NCBI RefSeq assembly: GCF_018350175.1
Contig: NC_058368.1
Location: 151,530,001 to 151,594,000, forward strand
Length of the DNA stretch: 64,000 nt
DNA from: Felis catus
Lineage: Eukaryota
Reading direction: 5' to 3'
Numbering within the stretch: position 1 is the stretch's first letter; the number at the start of each line of letters is the position of its first letter. The notes below the pieces were generated by a model that ran no database searches, was not told the DNA's origin, and saw only the letters and a list, made by a program, of their open reading frames with translations. Both the position numbers and the translations under genes were made by a program. Shown piece by piece: positions 37,850-50,900 of this stretch.

Positions 37850-37980
37850 TGGGTGACCATACACCCTGGTTTGCTTTGGACATCCCTGATTTACCCTTGT
37901 TTCAATATAATTATTAATAACCTCCTCATTTGCACTCTCAAAAGTGCTTCTGGTTTCGTTTATAAAACATATGATTATTA
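37850..37980 (-). mobile_element. MER94-like hAT-Blackjack MITE
   Basis: Left TIR gggtgaccatac, internal ataattattaataa...cactctcaaaagtg, matching the recalled MER94 consensus. About 131 bp long, with a possible 8-bp TSD ggatgagt/tgatgagc. Confidence 0.75.
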
Positions 37981-38284
37981 TGATGAGCAAAGCACTGAGA
38001 GTCTTGGCCACAGAATTATACACCTGATTCTACATTCATTTAGGTAATTAAGTGTGGTCAGTCATTTGAAGGCATTCTCAGAACTTCCTTTAAACAAAGA
38101 CCAAGTGTAACAGTGAACCAAGGGCTTTATTGAAGTACCCCAGAACTTTTCTCTGTTATCTTTATTTTATTTATAATTTGGTTGTGGAATGATGGATAGC
38201 TGGATTATTAAACTATTAGAATAATTCAAAATCTAAACCTGAACAAATATATGTAATAGTAAGCTATGATATGATCTAGTGAAG

Positions 38285-38769
38285 TGAAGCACAGGCTATG
38301 AATGTCCTATTCCAACATCTATTCTCCCTTTCCTCCTTACTATCTCAACTCAATTTATTTTGGGTGGCAAAGTGTCAAGCTAAAAGACTATGTTCCCCAG
38401 AGTAATTTGCAGAAAAAAATGGCATGGTGATTAAGTTATGGTCCACAAAGTATATTCACAATATGTGGTATTTCCTGGAAGTCTTATTAAGAAAAGAGAT
38501 GGCAGAACTTTCTTCTTGCTTTCTGGAGTGCAATGGAATGACGAGAACTGGAGAAATAATCTTCAACCGTTAGTTAACACACTGAAGGTGGTGGGCAAGC
38601 AAGAAAAATGGGCCTGTTTTCCTGATGATCCGGGAACCACTATGTTAGTTCTAGACTGCATATCTCTGGGTATCTGTCCTATGGGAGAAAAATAAACTCT
38701 TTACTTATTTATGGAACTGTTATTTTTCTTTTTGGTCACTTGCCGGCAAACTCAATTCTTAATGACTCA
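38285..38769 (+). mobile_element. Old MaLR solo LTR (MLT1H/I/J-like)
   Basis: attctccctttcctccttac...agctaaaagactatgttccccag...atgggagaaaaataaactctttacttattt...ggtcacttgcc. Confidence 0.7.
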
Positions 38770-41700
38770 GGGGAAGAACACATGAAAATTCCATACACAG
38801 AGTTCAGAGTGGGTAGCAATGAACATTGAGGAAAGTGGGAATGTGTTAGATGGGAAAGTTAGGCTACAGAAAGGGAAGAATTTCTTTCAAGTGTTCATAG
38901 AATTTATAAAGGTGCAACTTAGCATTTGAGAGAAACTAAACTATTGAGAAAATTCATGTATCTTATGTATAGCAATGGTGATACTCCAAGTGTGAGCAAT
39001 AAAATGCCCTAAGTATATCAGAAGTATCCCTAGTTGAATTAAAACAATAAAAAGTATCCAAGTGCCCACACTTCAGCTTGGAGTCCTGGAATGTCTGGAC
39101 AACTTTTTTTTTTTTTTAAAGGAAGGCATATTATAAAGCACCATGGTATCAATTGACTACAAAATGCTTTCACAACTTCCCAGAAGAGTTTCAGCTTTTT
39201 TCAGCATAACATGACCGGGTATGACTACCCATTACAATATGCTAGCACGTGAATTCATTATGTGCAATATCTAAGTCCATCAATGTTGATCTAAGCATTT
39301 CGATGGCCAGAGCTCATAGATCCATCTAAATACAAAGTCTGAAGTTTTTGGCTTTCAGGAATACATCACGGACACATTGCTTTACCTCTCTGTGGAATCA
39401 GAGGGCTTACACTTGGGTATCTAGGGGCTTGCTAGGACTGGGAGCAGATGGTAGTTTTTATATGTTCTTTTTATAAATTCATTTTGAGCAGTTTTTTTGC
39501 ATGAATATTTCATTTATGACAGGGTGCTGCTTAGTTATATAAAAAGTAAATACATAACGAGCGAGGTGTAAGTATAGCAGCAATGTAGTGTTGAGGCTAA
39601 TGGGTGGAGAGGATTTTAAAAATACAAAGAATTCTCATTTTCAAAAAGTACTTTGCAAACTTTAAGAGATAAATGAATTGTTTCTTTCCTACTTCCTTTA
39701 TTCCTCCCCCCACCCCCCTATTCTGTTGTGTGCTAGTCCAGGGAAAGAGGAAGCTTTATATTTAAGAAGTCAAGCATTGGATTTTCAATCCTTATTAGGA
39801 GCACTATTTTTACAAGTTTGATAAAGGACCAAAACAGCCTATATAAAGTGAAAATAGCAAGGGCAAGAACCACAAACAGTAGCAGCCTAAGGTTTAGGAG
39901 ACCCTGGATGGCTGGATATACAACCAACAGGAGGAAGAAAGAAGGATGGAAAATAACAGCTGCCATAAGCTGAAGTGATGAGCCTTGATCTTCATAAGGG
40001 ACAGGTGGCCAAGATATGCTTGCCGTATACTTCCCATTGTGCAACATCATGTATATTGTCATCATGTTCTGGGCTTCAAAAACTGTTTCCAGGCTTATTT
40101 TAATAGCTTAGAAAAAAATGTTTAAGCCAACTTGAGAAAATTGATCAAATCTGACTTCCCTATGGAGTTGTTTCAGCCCAGGCGTATATTATATGTTGCC
40201 ACAAATGATTGGAATAGGTATTTCTTATTCTTCGCTCTATTTCAACCCAACCTATATTAGCTGGTACCTAAAATACAAATTAGACAAACTTCAAACTCCC
40301 CCAAAAACAACTTAAGTTTTGGTCTGTCTCTCACATCTTGTGTGGTGGAAGAGTAGATACTGTGGTGATTTTGAGCACAATATTTAGCAAGATATAAATA
40401 GAATGGATGTCCTGATGTAATAAGAGTGGCATTCATGTCTGCAATGATCTAAAGACAATGTGGGTTGAAGGAAGGTAACTATGACAGAATTTCACATTTT
40501 TCTAAATGTTCCTTGAAGATAAAGACTTCATTTTATATTGCAGACCTACAGTATTCATGAGGGATACCACAGTCCCAAATTCATGAATATCAGTTCAGCA
40601 TATAATTGTCTCCATAAAACTTCTATTTTCTGGATTAGAACCATCACTTTCTTGGATAGTTTTGCTTCCACTTTACTTTCATCAACAGAACGAGCAGCTG
40701 ACTTTATTTTCAGGGAAAGTATTCACAAAGAAAATAGTTTTTCATCATGTCATGAGAATTACTACATAGTAACTTGACCACAAGTGGAGAATATCTAAAC
40801 CACTGTGAGAAGATATGTGGGCCAGTCATCTAAGCACACTCTAGCTAAATGATTCCTGCTAGAGTCCTGCCTCTCCCACATGTAATTCAATTTCATGCCT
40901 CAGCAAAATTACAAATTGTTACATGTCATGAACTCTTGACTATTGCTTGGCGGTACTCAAGTAGCAATATTAAATCCTAGGTCAGTAACAGGTTTCTTTG
41001 TATTCTCAAAAAATTGCCTATTATAATGCCTTATATACAGTAAATTATCAATGAGCTTTTAGGTTAGTTGATCATCTGATTGATTACTTTAAGTACGTGT
41101 ATTTTAGTACACACTTGAATGGGTAAGATGTTGGGCAGGCCAATGGAACACCCCACACTGAGCTGCTCTTGGGCCCCCTCTAGTGCATCTCTTAGAGGCA
41201 AGTTAGTAATTTTAGTTAATAACATTAGACTAATGCACATACAGTGCTACAGCTGTTGTTAGGAGGGGAAAAGGATTACACAGAAGACAAATGTGGTCTG
41301 CATGGTAGCAGTAGATGAAAATTTTAGAATGCTTTTTAAACTTTGCTAACTTTATGTTAAAATATTTTTAAAATTCCCTAGGAATTAACTTTAGTAATAA
41401 ATTCGTGAATCAACAAGTCAACTTCTCCCTCAAGACAGTTCATTTATTACAAGCCTAAAGAAAATGCATTATGGTTATTCTTTTGGATCAGCCATAGATG
41501 TTGGGCTACCCACAGGGCATTCCATCATTTATTAAGAACAATGGAAAGATGTGTATGTAGTACTTAACCAAGAAATGATCATGTGTACCACACCTATCTC
41601 CTCTATAAAGAGTTTTGCATATTTCTAAAAGTTAATTGAATGAATGATATAAACAATTATGTCACATAGTTTTAGTTTTTAAAAATATATTTTGCCCCAA

Positions 41701-43534
41701 ATTTCAATTTTCCTGGCAAAAAATGGTCTTTCCCACATCTAACTTTCTTCTTGGTAATCCAAAAATTTGATAGATTTCCTGAATTAGAGAAGACATAGTT
41801 TTGCACAAAATAATGGTATTTACAGTTTCATAAAAACTCATATTTTCATAAAAACCAAACAAATGTTTTTAATAAAGAGAAATGTATTATAATTTTTGTT
41901 TCACTTCCACTTTTTGATTCTCACTAGGTCTTTTATTTCTTTTAGGCTAAGAGCCTGAGGGCTATTATCTATTTTTATGGCTGATTTACATTTTGTTTGA
42001 GCTTTCATGTCTTCTTTTCCCCCTTGGTGTTATAAAGAGCAAAGGGGCAAATAAACTAAATTTCTAAGGAATACACTGTGAATTAGTAGAAATAATTACT
42101 GCATTTAAATACCAATTACATTGAACTGTTGTATGTTGATGGCTCTGTGAATTAGGAGGGAAAGATAATTCTGAATGCTACTAAAATATTTCATGTGTAA
42201 GTGAGAATGGAGGCCAAGACTAGGAGAGATGACTACAATGCACATAGACTGAAGCTGGTTAAAGGAGAGATGTGAAGTGGAGGAAAAAAAGAAGAGCAAA
42301 ATCAGGGCAAGTCAGTGAAGGAACCTGAAACTGAGGGTTAAAATCTGGTTTTAGAGTTCAGGGCAAACCAAAGATTTAACAAAATACTATTCTATAATTT
42401 TTTTAAGAGCACACCATAATAAAATGGAGTTTTAAAAATGTTTTAGGAGATGATTTCCTGGGGTAAGTTTTCCTTCTGTTACTTGGGCAGTGATTTCCAG
42501 TGCTACACAAAACTCCTAAACTTTCCTCATAAATTGTCAGTATTTCAACATCAGCATGAATAATGTATGTAAGAGATAGCATAGGAAGAAGAATTCAGAT
42601 TTGTAAAAGAGGAACAGCAGATGCTGGAAACCCTAATTGTGGTTATTGGGCAACGTTGTCTAGTCCATAGCTCAAGACTTTGACACTTACTGACTTTAAC
42701 AGGGTTGTGCAATTCATGGACGTGGGAATTTAGCTTGGCTGAAAATGAGTGTATTTTACCTGATAGTTTTCTCAAGAAGGTGATGGTTCCCAAATGTCTA
42801 AATTAATATTTTGACTGAATTCCACCACATATGCCTCATCTCTATTGAGCACAATGGAAGACTTGTGTTTTGGGGTTGATTAACGGAGGACACAGGATTA
42901 GCACATAGTAGACTAAATTGTAAATGACTGAAAAGAAGCTCATTTGTGTCTATTTATTCATCCTTATTAATAGTTTTGGGCACTTAGAAATGCCTCAAGG
43001 AAAGGCAAAACTGCAAGTAAATAAGTTTGTGAATACTACCATTAAACTCTGGGGTATTTGAAATACACAAAAATGGCGAAAATTAATGGATACCAAGATT
43101 TCAAGAAATCAGATTTTCTAAAATACATTTATAATTCCAGCTTAAATTATTGCCCCTCGAATACCAAATATTTACCTGTTAGCATGTAGGTCATATAATA
43201 GCTCAATGAATTGTTTGTTCAAGTGTTGATTTTGAAGGCTATTAAAAGAATTTTGTTTAAGTAATTTTTAGTAAAATCCTAATGTATTTCAAGCCACTGA
43301 ATTTTAAAGATCATTACTGAGCAATGGTTTTTGTTTTCTTTCATTAAAATTTTATTGGGATAACTGGCTAAGGGCCAGGGGAAAAAAGATGGTAAATCAA
43401 GTATCTGTTAGTGGTCATTCGGAACTTCAACATTTTTATCACACAATCTGAAAACTCTTTCATACTTTTTGGATGTTTTCAGAAGAAAAAAATTCCATGT
43501 AAGCAGAAGGCCAAAGAGACTGTTAAGGAATATT

Positions 43535-43710
43535 GTGCTGAGTGGGGAATCAGAATACCCATGTTTTTGAATCCTGGTTCTGTTCTATCTAGTTATATAA
43601 TATGGGAAATTCGCCCAAATTATCTGAGCCTCATTTTTCACATGTGAAAAATTAAAGGGTTAGAATAAATAATGTATAAGCCATGTTCCATCTCTTATAG
43701 TCTATGGCTT
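43535..43710 (+). mobile_element. MIR SINE fragment
   Basis: ttgaatcctggttctgttctatctagttatataatatgggaaattc...tctgagcctcatttttcacatgtgaaaa. Confidence 0.7.
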
Positions 43711-44681
43711 TATTACTCTGAGATCCAGTAAAGAAGTTTGCAAGCTCCTTTCCAGAAAGTCTTCTTTGAGCTGTACTAATGTGTTCAACTGATAAAGCTA
43801 ATATTTTCCTACTTCACTGGAAAAAGTAGATATTTTTCCCAATTCAATGCTTTCTTTGATAATTTTTATTAAAATATTGATTGCTGTTACTCCTTATCCA
43901 TATAGGAGTAAAGTACAAATACTATGTGATTTAGCATAAAGCTTCAGTGCTAGGTATTTTTTAGTTTAATACTTCATGAGGCTGAGGTGCTCTATTTCTG
44001 ATGTCAGTGAAGAGGCAATGTTTCAGTCAGTTCTCTCTCTCCTTGAGCTGAGCAAATCTGTGAACCTTTCAAGGACTCATGTCTTTATGATCAATTGGTT
44101 CCTTCTGATTATAAAAGAGAATTTCATAAAATAGCACCTACTCAGTGGGGTCACTCAGGAATTAGAACTCAGTGGAGGCCAAGGAAATAGGAAGGCTGAC
44201 AAGGATCTTACAAGGTGAAGAGAAGGGGAAGCAGAACCAGTGTTCATGGTAACTTTCAAAGCATATAAGCAAATGTGTAGCTGATCACAGCTATAACTTG
44301 GTATAAAAAGTAATTTAGGACAATATTTTGTGTTCCCTATAAGTGTAAAAAAGAAAACTACACAAACCAATAGCAAGTTTTCCCATGAAAACTACCCTAC
44401 CAGATTTTGCAAGATAAGCTTATGTGCTGAGAATGATTTCTTATTGATGATAATTTATTAGCTGTACTAAGTTAACTTTCTTCTAATAATCAATCTTTTG
44501 TAAACCTTGCCTATTTCTTAGGTAAGAAACTGAAAACTCTTAGAAAGTAAATAGTATTCCTATCGTATCTAACACATTTCTATGTTGGTGCTTAATATAT
44601 AATTTTACAATGCATTATAGATGTATTCTGAATTGAAAAGTTCTGGTGTTGTGTGCCTAAGAGTCTGTCCATGACTGTTTT

Positions 44682-44703
44682 TGCGCGTGTGTGTGTGTGT
44701 GTG

Positions 44704-44735
<32 letters not shown>
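44682..44735. repeat. Compound (GC)2(GT)8(GC)4(AC)12 microsatellite
   Basis: Read directly. Uninterrupted purine-pyrimidine alternation over 54 nt. Confidence 0.95.
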
Positions 44736-44956
44736 AAGTGTACACACACTCCACAACAAAACAAAACTGCTCTTAAGTGAGAGTATTACTAGCATTGTTT
44801 TATTTTGCCTGATCTTAGAAAACCTAAGAACCATCCCAATAATAATTTGAGGAACTGGTTGATGATAGGATTCTGTGTATGTAAAGCAAACTGCTTTCTT
44901 TCGTATCTCCAGACTGCAAACACACAGTTGACTCTCTAATTAGAAAAGTCTGTTCT

Positions 44957-45142
44957 GAGGATGCCTGGGTAGCTCAGTCGATTAAGCATCTGACTCTTAA
45001 ATTCAGCTCAGGTTATGATCCCAGGGTTGTGGGATAGAGCCCCGCTTTGGGCTCCCCACACTGAATATGGAGCCTGCTTAAGATTCTCCTTCTCTGCCCC
45101 TCCCCATCAGCTTTCACATGCTGTCTCTCTAAAATCGGGAGA
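44957..45142 (+). mobile_element. Can-SINE (older subfamily)
   Basis: gaggatgcctgggtagctcagtcgattaagcatctgactct...gagcctgcttaagattctc. TSD agaaaagtctgttct / agaatagtccgttct (13/15). Confidence 0.92.
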
Positions 45143-47012
45143 AGAATAGTCCGTTCTATAGGCATATTGACACCTGGGGGATAAGAAGGGAAAGCATGGT
45201 TGGGGAGATAGAAGGAAAACCAAGGCTATGCATTATCAGTTTCAACGGAGGAAAAATCATAAGATGAAAGTGGTGATAACTCATGTTGAATATTGCACAG
45301 AAAGTTGAGAGGCTTTTCTGAAGATTTTCAATTGATTGCTGATAGTGGAAGTTGGATTGGAAGTACCTAGGGATCATGTCATAATTAGAAATCAGCATAA
45401 AGGGATGGGTTTAATGAGTTTATCATATATATGAAGAAAAAATATTACTGCAGGATTAAAAGAACACTGATGTTTCAAACTGCAAAATGGCTCTATGGTT
45501 TTAATATCTCATGAGATTTGCTTCTGAATGTAATTTTAAGAAGTATTTTCTTCTTCACGTAAGGAACTCTCCTTCTCCCACTGATCGGTCTTCTCAGCAC
45601 CCAAGATTGCAAATATGACTTATAATGTAATTTGCTCACCCAATGCTGCTTCTCTGAATTTAGTGTTTGTGAGATACGCAGTCTCCCATCTGATGCACCC
45701 ATACAGTCAAAATGGTCTCAGTCATTCTGCCCTACAAAGTCAGGGGAGGCAAGCTCACCTCTGACCCAAGCTCAGTCTCTTTGTTGTGGGTAGACTGTGG
45801 GCAGGATACTGCTATGTCTCATAAATTTCTTGTAACCGTAGCCATCTTTCATGTGTATCACTGAAGAAACCACAGGGACATTCTGTTATTTCAGTACTGT
45901 GAATCTACTTGACAAAGGCAAAATTTGTCCTAAACTACATGGCAGGTCTCTTTTGTTTTGTTTTGTCTTTTGTGCTCTGGATTTAGTAATTCAAGGCAGA
46001 CAGAAGCCAATAATCTAGTTGTCTTCAGCTTTTGACCAGAGAAGATGTCCTGCATTTTCACTAACAGTTGATCTAGATGAGACCTTCTTCCTATTTTTAG
46101 ACATGGTTGCATTATAATTATTTAAATCGTATTATATATTCCAGTATTACCTTTGTTTTTTAATATCTATTTTCTTTTTGTAGATTTTCCTTTATGGTCC
46201 CTAAAGTAATAGAGCAGATTGTTGAACATTTCTCTCAAAACAAGATTTTCTTAAAAACTAATCACAAGAATTTCTCTTTATTCCTTTGTAAAGAGGCATG
46301 CTAATTTTTTTTACAGCTATATAAAAATAACTAGTCAATGTTTTCAAAAAAGCTCTATGGAAACTTTCTCTCTATGATTTCTTTTCAAGAATATGTTCAA
46401 AACATACAGTAATGTTCTTTATTTATTTAGTGTTGCTAAAATTTCCTCATATTCATGTCATTTTGTTTGCAAGGTTTCCAGAGACAACACTTTTTAGAGT
46501 TAAATGCTAGTTATGGTTATCAAAGTGCTCACCAACTGTACTTTTCACTGAAATATAGGCAGTATCTGATACTTATACCTGGACAAAAATATTTTGATAC
46601 TAGTCATTTACTCATATCTTAGGCCTCTAATCATTACATATTCTGCTTTTGTGTAGAAAATGTACACATATGCACAGGCATAAATGTTACTCTTTGAATG
46701 TTTTCAGGGACATTTCCTGAGTCTTCCCTGGCTTTGTGAAGTGAGTTATGTGACCTTGTCACCCAATGGCTTGCAAGCAGGTGGATATGGGAAGTTTTGA
46801 ACCTTCATTTTCAATGAAGTAAGAATTTTTCTGGGTGTTTCATGGACATAGCATTAAATTCACTTTTCTATAGTTCTCATTTCCTCATTGTTTTTGGCAG
46901 GAATATTGAAACATTTTATTTTTTGAAAAATTTTAGTTTTTATGTTTATTTTTTATATTCGTTTTATTTTCTATATTTTAGGTCTTACTAATATTGTAAG
47001 AGGCTTAAGCTT

Positions 47013-47455
47013 TGTATCAGTCCGGGTCATGGTACGGAATATAATTCACCACATGGCTCAAGAAAAAAGAGAGACAAGGGATTAAAGATGTGAGAGGAAT
47101 AAGGGAATCAACAAAGGCTGGTGAAGGCCCAGAGAGCAGCGAGGGTGGGAAGTTGTTACCCTCAGAGGCTGAAGAGACAGAAGCAGTGTTACTAGAGCTC
47201 TGTGAGAACCAGAACTATGGAGAAGGATCTGGCCATGGGAGCCATGGAGGGATGCAGCTACTGCCAGACATACAGGGCCAATGCAGAGAGGGAGTGGACA
47301 ATAAGCCATGACCTGTTTCTCCTCCCCCACACTCATTTTCCTCCATTGTCTCTCATCAGTTGAGTCCCTACCAGAAGCCAACAACAAGGAAGTCCAGGGG
47401 ACAGAAAATAGAAGGGATGAGATGCACTTGGGAAGGCAAACAGGAAAACCATCAA
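47013..47455 (-). mobile_element. Old ERVL-class LTR (LTR33-like)
   Basis: tgtatcagtccgggtc start, agggaatcaacaaaggctggtgaaggcccagagagcagc...ggaagttgttaccctc, and ccagaagccaacaacaaggaagtcc. Confidence 0.6.
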
Positions 47456-47690
47456 AAATTTATAAGGATAAAACTACTCTGATGAAAATATTAGTTTTAC
47501 TTATTAATTTTACTCTAGATTCAGCAGCAATATGATACTGAAAGAGTAGGTGTGCTGTAATATGTACAAGCCAGTATAACAAAACTATTAAGACTCAGGG
47601 TTTTACAAAGTTACTAATTGGATCCATTGAATTCTCTGGGATGTAAACAACTTGAAATCAGTGTTGTTGTTTTTTAAAGTATTATTTTAA

Positions 47691-47900
47691 GGGACGCCTG
47701 GGTGGCTCAGTCGGTTGAGTGTCTGACTTCGGCTCAGGTCATGATCTCACGGTTTGTGAGTTCGAGCCCCACATGGGGCTCTGTGCTGACAGCTCGGAGC
47801 CTGGACCCTGCTTCAGATTCTGTGTCTCCCTCTCTCTCTGCTCCTCCCCTGCTCACATGCTGTCTCTCTCTCAAAAATAAATAAAGATTAAAAAATTTTT
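47691..47900 (+). mobile_element. Can-SINE (feliform SINEC_Fc-like), full length
   Basis: gggacgcctgggtggctcagtcggttgag...gagttcgagcccc...gtgctgacagctcggagcctgg, with (CT)n and A-tail. Perfect TSD aaagtattattttaa at 47676-47690 and 47901-47915. Confidence 0.97.
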
Positions 47901-50900
47901 AAAGTATTATTTTAATTGCCCGAATCCTTTTTTTTTCAAAGGGCATCTTATAAAAAGTACCCATATTAATAGAAAATATTAAAGATGGCTGGTTGAAGTA
48001 ACACTGTGGAGTACCCCTACTCCAACTTCCCCTTCTAACCCTCATACCATGAAAACCACTAAAGATCATACTGGGAACACTTGGGCTCAAAAGGGCACCC
48101 TCTGTGAAACTTTGTTTTTTAAAAAGAAATTACAAATTGAATCCTATATTCTTTTAACATCCATCTTCTGTGGGAAAGATATCTAGACTGGCTGTTTCTT
48201 CAGTTTGAAGAAATGTGGAATATGTTAATAAAGTTTCAGTGTTATACTTCAAGATGAGGCAGTCTTGTTTCTTCCATCTTTTCTTCAAATACAGAATCTG
48301 TCATTGATAATTCCAAGACTGAAGATTTATGTTTATAAGAAAATGGTGGATAGATGGTCAGTCTCTAGTGGGAAATATGAAGGGTGTTTGATGATTCCAG
48401 ATTAGTATTCTAATCTGAAGTATTTCACTTCAAAATAAATTTAATCAACCAAGTGCTCAGTGTATTCCTTCATCAAATAATTGATAAGCATCTACTCCGT
48501 GCCAAATACTTCACTAGGCTCTTGTGATATAGAGAAAACAATCATGCCAAGTTTTCTGCTCTCATGGAGATTACAATTTGATAGGGGACACAGGTGGCAT
48601 ATATTAAGCAAACATGTACAAAATAATTACATTTTTAATGTGTTGTTAAAAAGTATAGTAGCTATAGGACACTTAGAATTTTCAACATGTAATATGTGTT
48701 TATATATACATTTGTTTAGATATTTAAGTAGATAATATGTTTAATTTATAAATTCTAATGTATAACTGTACACATACTGTGGTGAATGCTCAAAAATAAA
48801 ATTAGCACGTTGGGAGACCTAGAGTCCACTGGTCCAGAAAACTGGTCTGAGGTCCTCAGTACAACAACCCTTGTCATCTCGCTCCAATCCATTTTCTTCC
48901 ATTGCTTCCCCACGTACTCAAACTGAACAGATCTCTTAGATGCCAGTCATTTGCATGCTATGTTCTACCCATCCTCATATAGTCTTGTTTTTGTTGTTGT
49001 TGTTCCATCTATTCTCTTATTTTGCCTACCAAATAATTCCCCATTTTGAACCATTCCCTAAGTTAAATCCTTATCAGCTCATACAACTACATGAATTCTT
49101 CATTGATCATCCAGCTAAAAGTGATTACTCTTTCTTCAGAAACTCTGTAATATTTAATCATGTTTGGGACTTATATCCTGAATTATATTGGAATTATTTA
49201 TGTTTTATACACTTATTCAGTATATACGTAATTAGTGCCTATTGTGTGCCAGTAATGAGCAAATATCTCTCTGCTTTAATAGAGCTCACTTATTTCTTTG
49301 GTGGAATTTAGTTCCTGAAGAGTAAGGTAATATTTATGTACGTTTGCAATTCTATCTACTTCAGAACAAACAAGATGCCTTGAATTTGAAAGGTGATGAA
49401 TAAAAATTGGTGAATGTATGAAGCGGTATCAGTTAGCCATTACATTAAAAACTGCCATTGTGTTAATTCATCCTAAGTAGTCATACTTCTTCACACTATT
49501 TTCTATATGTAACACTAGTGTAGATTAAAACAAGGGAGGAATTTACCTTATGAAATATATGCTGAGTTAATCTATACCTACTTGTACATCTCATAAGGAG
49601 GATTATGAGAATAAATGCAAGTATGTTGAAATATGTGTATATTTAAAAAGAAGGCATTATCATTGAAATTGTTATTTTAATTTGACTAATATAAATAAAT
49701 ACAGCAAAGTGCTTTTTGGAAGCTTTCAATATTTCAATAATCTTAGTTCTCCACTTTATAAACCAAGGCCCAATGATTCCTCCATCAAGGCTGGTTCCTA
49801 TGAATGCCCAACAAAAAGAAAAAAGAATAGAAAGGAGAAGTACAGACATCAAATTCTGCTTAGGTCTGCTGGCAGATTTCCATGATGTCAGCCCAATTTT
49901 CTTTTTGTTCCAAAGCAGAGGCTCATGAGCTTCTTTCTCTTTCTTTATACCAATTCTTAATCATGATTCTAACGATCTTCCAGATGTATAGAATGCCTCT
50001 CTGGTTTCAGTTGTGAAGCAAATTTTTGCAGACAGGATTTTATGCCTTTATTTTTCTTTGCAGTTGATAGGTGACTCTGAGTTGCAGTCTGACTGAGCTC
50101 CTGAAAACAGTACCGAGAAGCTGTCTATAAATAAGTAGTTTTGTTTACAGGAACTTACTGGGGAACTGGACTTGTACCACCTGCTGTATAGGCAGTGTTG
50201 AGAAGTGAGAGGAAGGGGTTTCAGTCCCCTAAGATAATTCAAATCAGCCAATCTACTCCATGTAGGTTAGCTTCTTTTCCTTGTCTTGGACTTTATAGAC
50301 CCCCTTTCTCTCATTAATGCACCTTAGGAGCTATTTGACAGTATTCTTTTATGTTTTCTGATTATACTTTGCCCTCTATTCTATAAGCTTTCTAAGAACG
50401 CATTTCCTTTACTTAATGTGTCAACTAAAGAGAATCGGGTAGGATGAGAAGAATTATATGAAAATAAACTGCCTAGAATTATGAAAATAAATATCTGCAA
50501 AGTTTTATACTTATCCCCAAATTCTTAATTTAAGCCAGTTAAGAAATTTCAATTCTGTGGGCTAGTGGCAAACTGGAGTCCATATGGAGTTCCTCAATTG
50601 GTCTTCTGAGTAGGTGGGATATAAATATCATGACAGCCTTTCCGTTGTGTCCCTTCCATGGTCAGAGATGCTGTCTTTTCTGTCTGGTTGGTCCTATGCT
50701 TGGTGTGTCATGACAGAAATTATTGGTGAATTTTGTTTCATGAGGTGACAACACTTAGCTAGCAAGTAACTAAAGCCAGACACTTGTTTCCTAAGATGTG
50801 TTTTGTAAACCTAAATTGCCATTAGAAGAGGGAGGCCATTCTGTTACTAAATTAAGGCTCACTGAAGCTTGCTATTAAGGCAAATAAGAAATGAATAGAC

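Noticed and set aside
37667..38047. ORFs of 118 aa and 79 aa
   Set aside because: Both run through the non-coding MER94-like MITE and show no transposase similarity.
47691..47780. tRNA-like A and B boxes
   Set aside because: This is the tRNA-derived head of a Can-SINE, not a tRNA gene; the same applies to the other SINE copies.
50189..50198. miR-34/449-like start TAGGCAGTGT
   Set aside because: Only 10 nt match, the rest of the mature sequence differs, and no precursor hairpin is evident.
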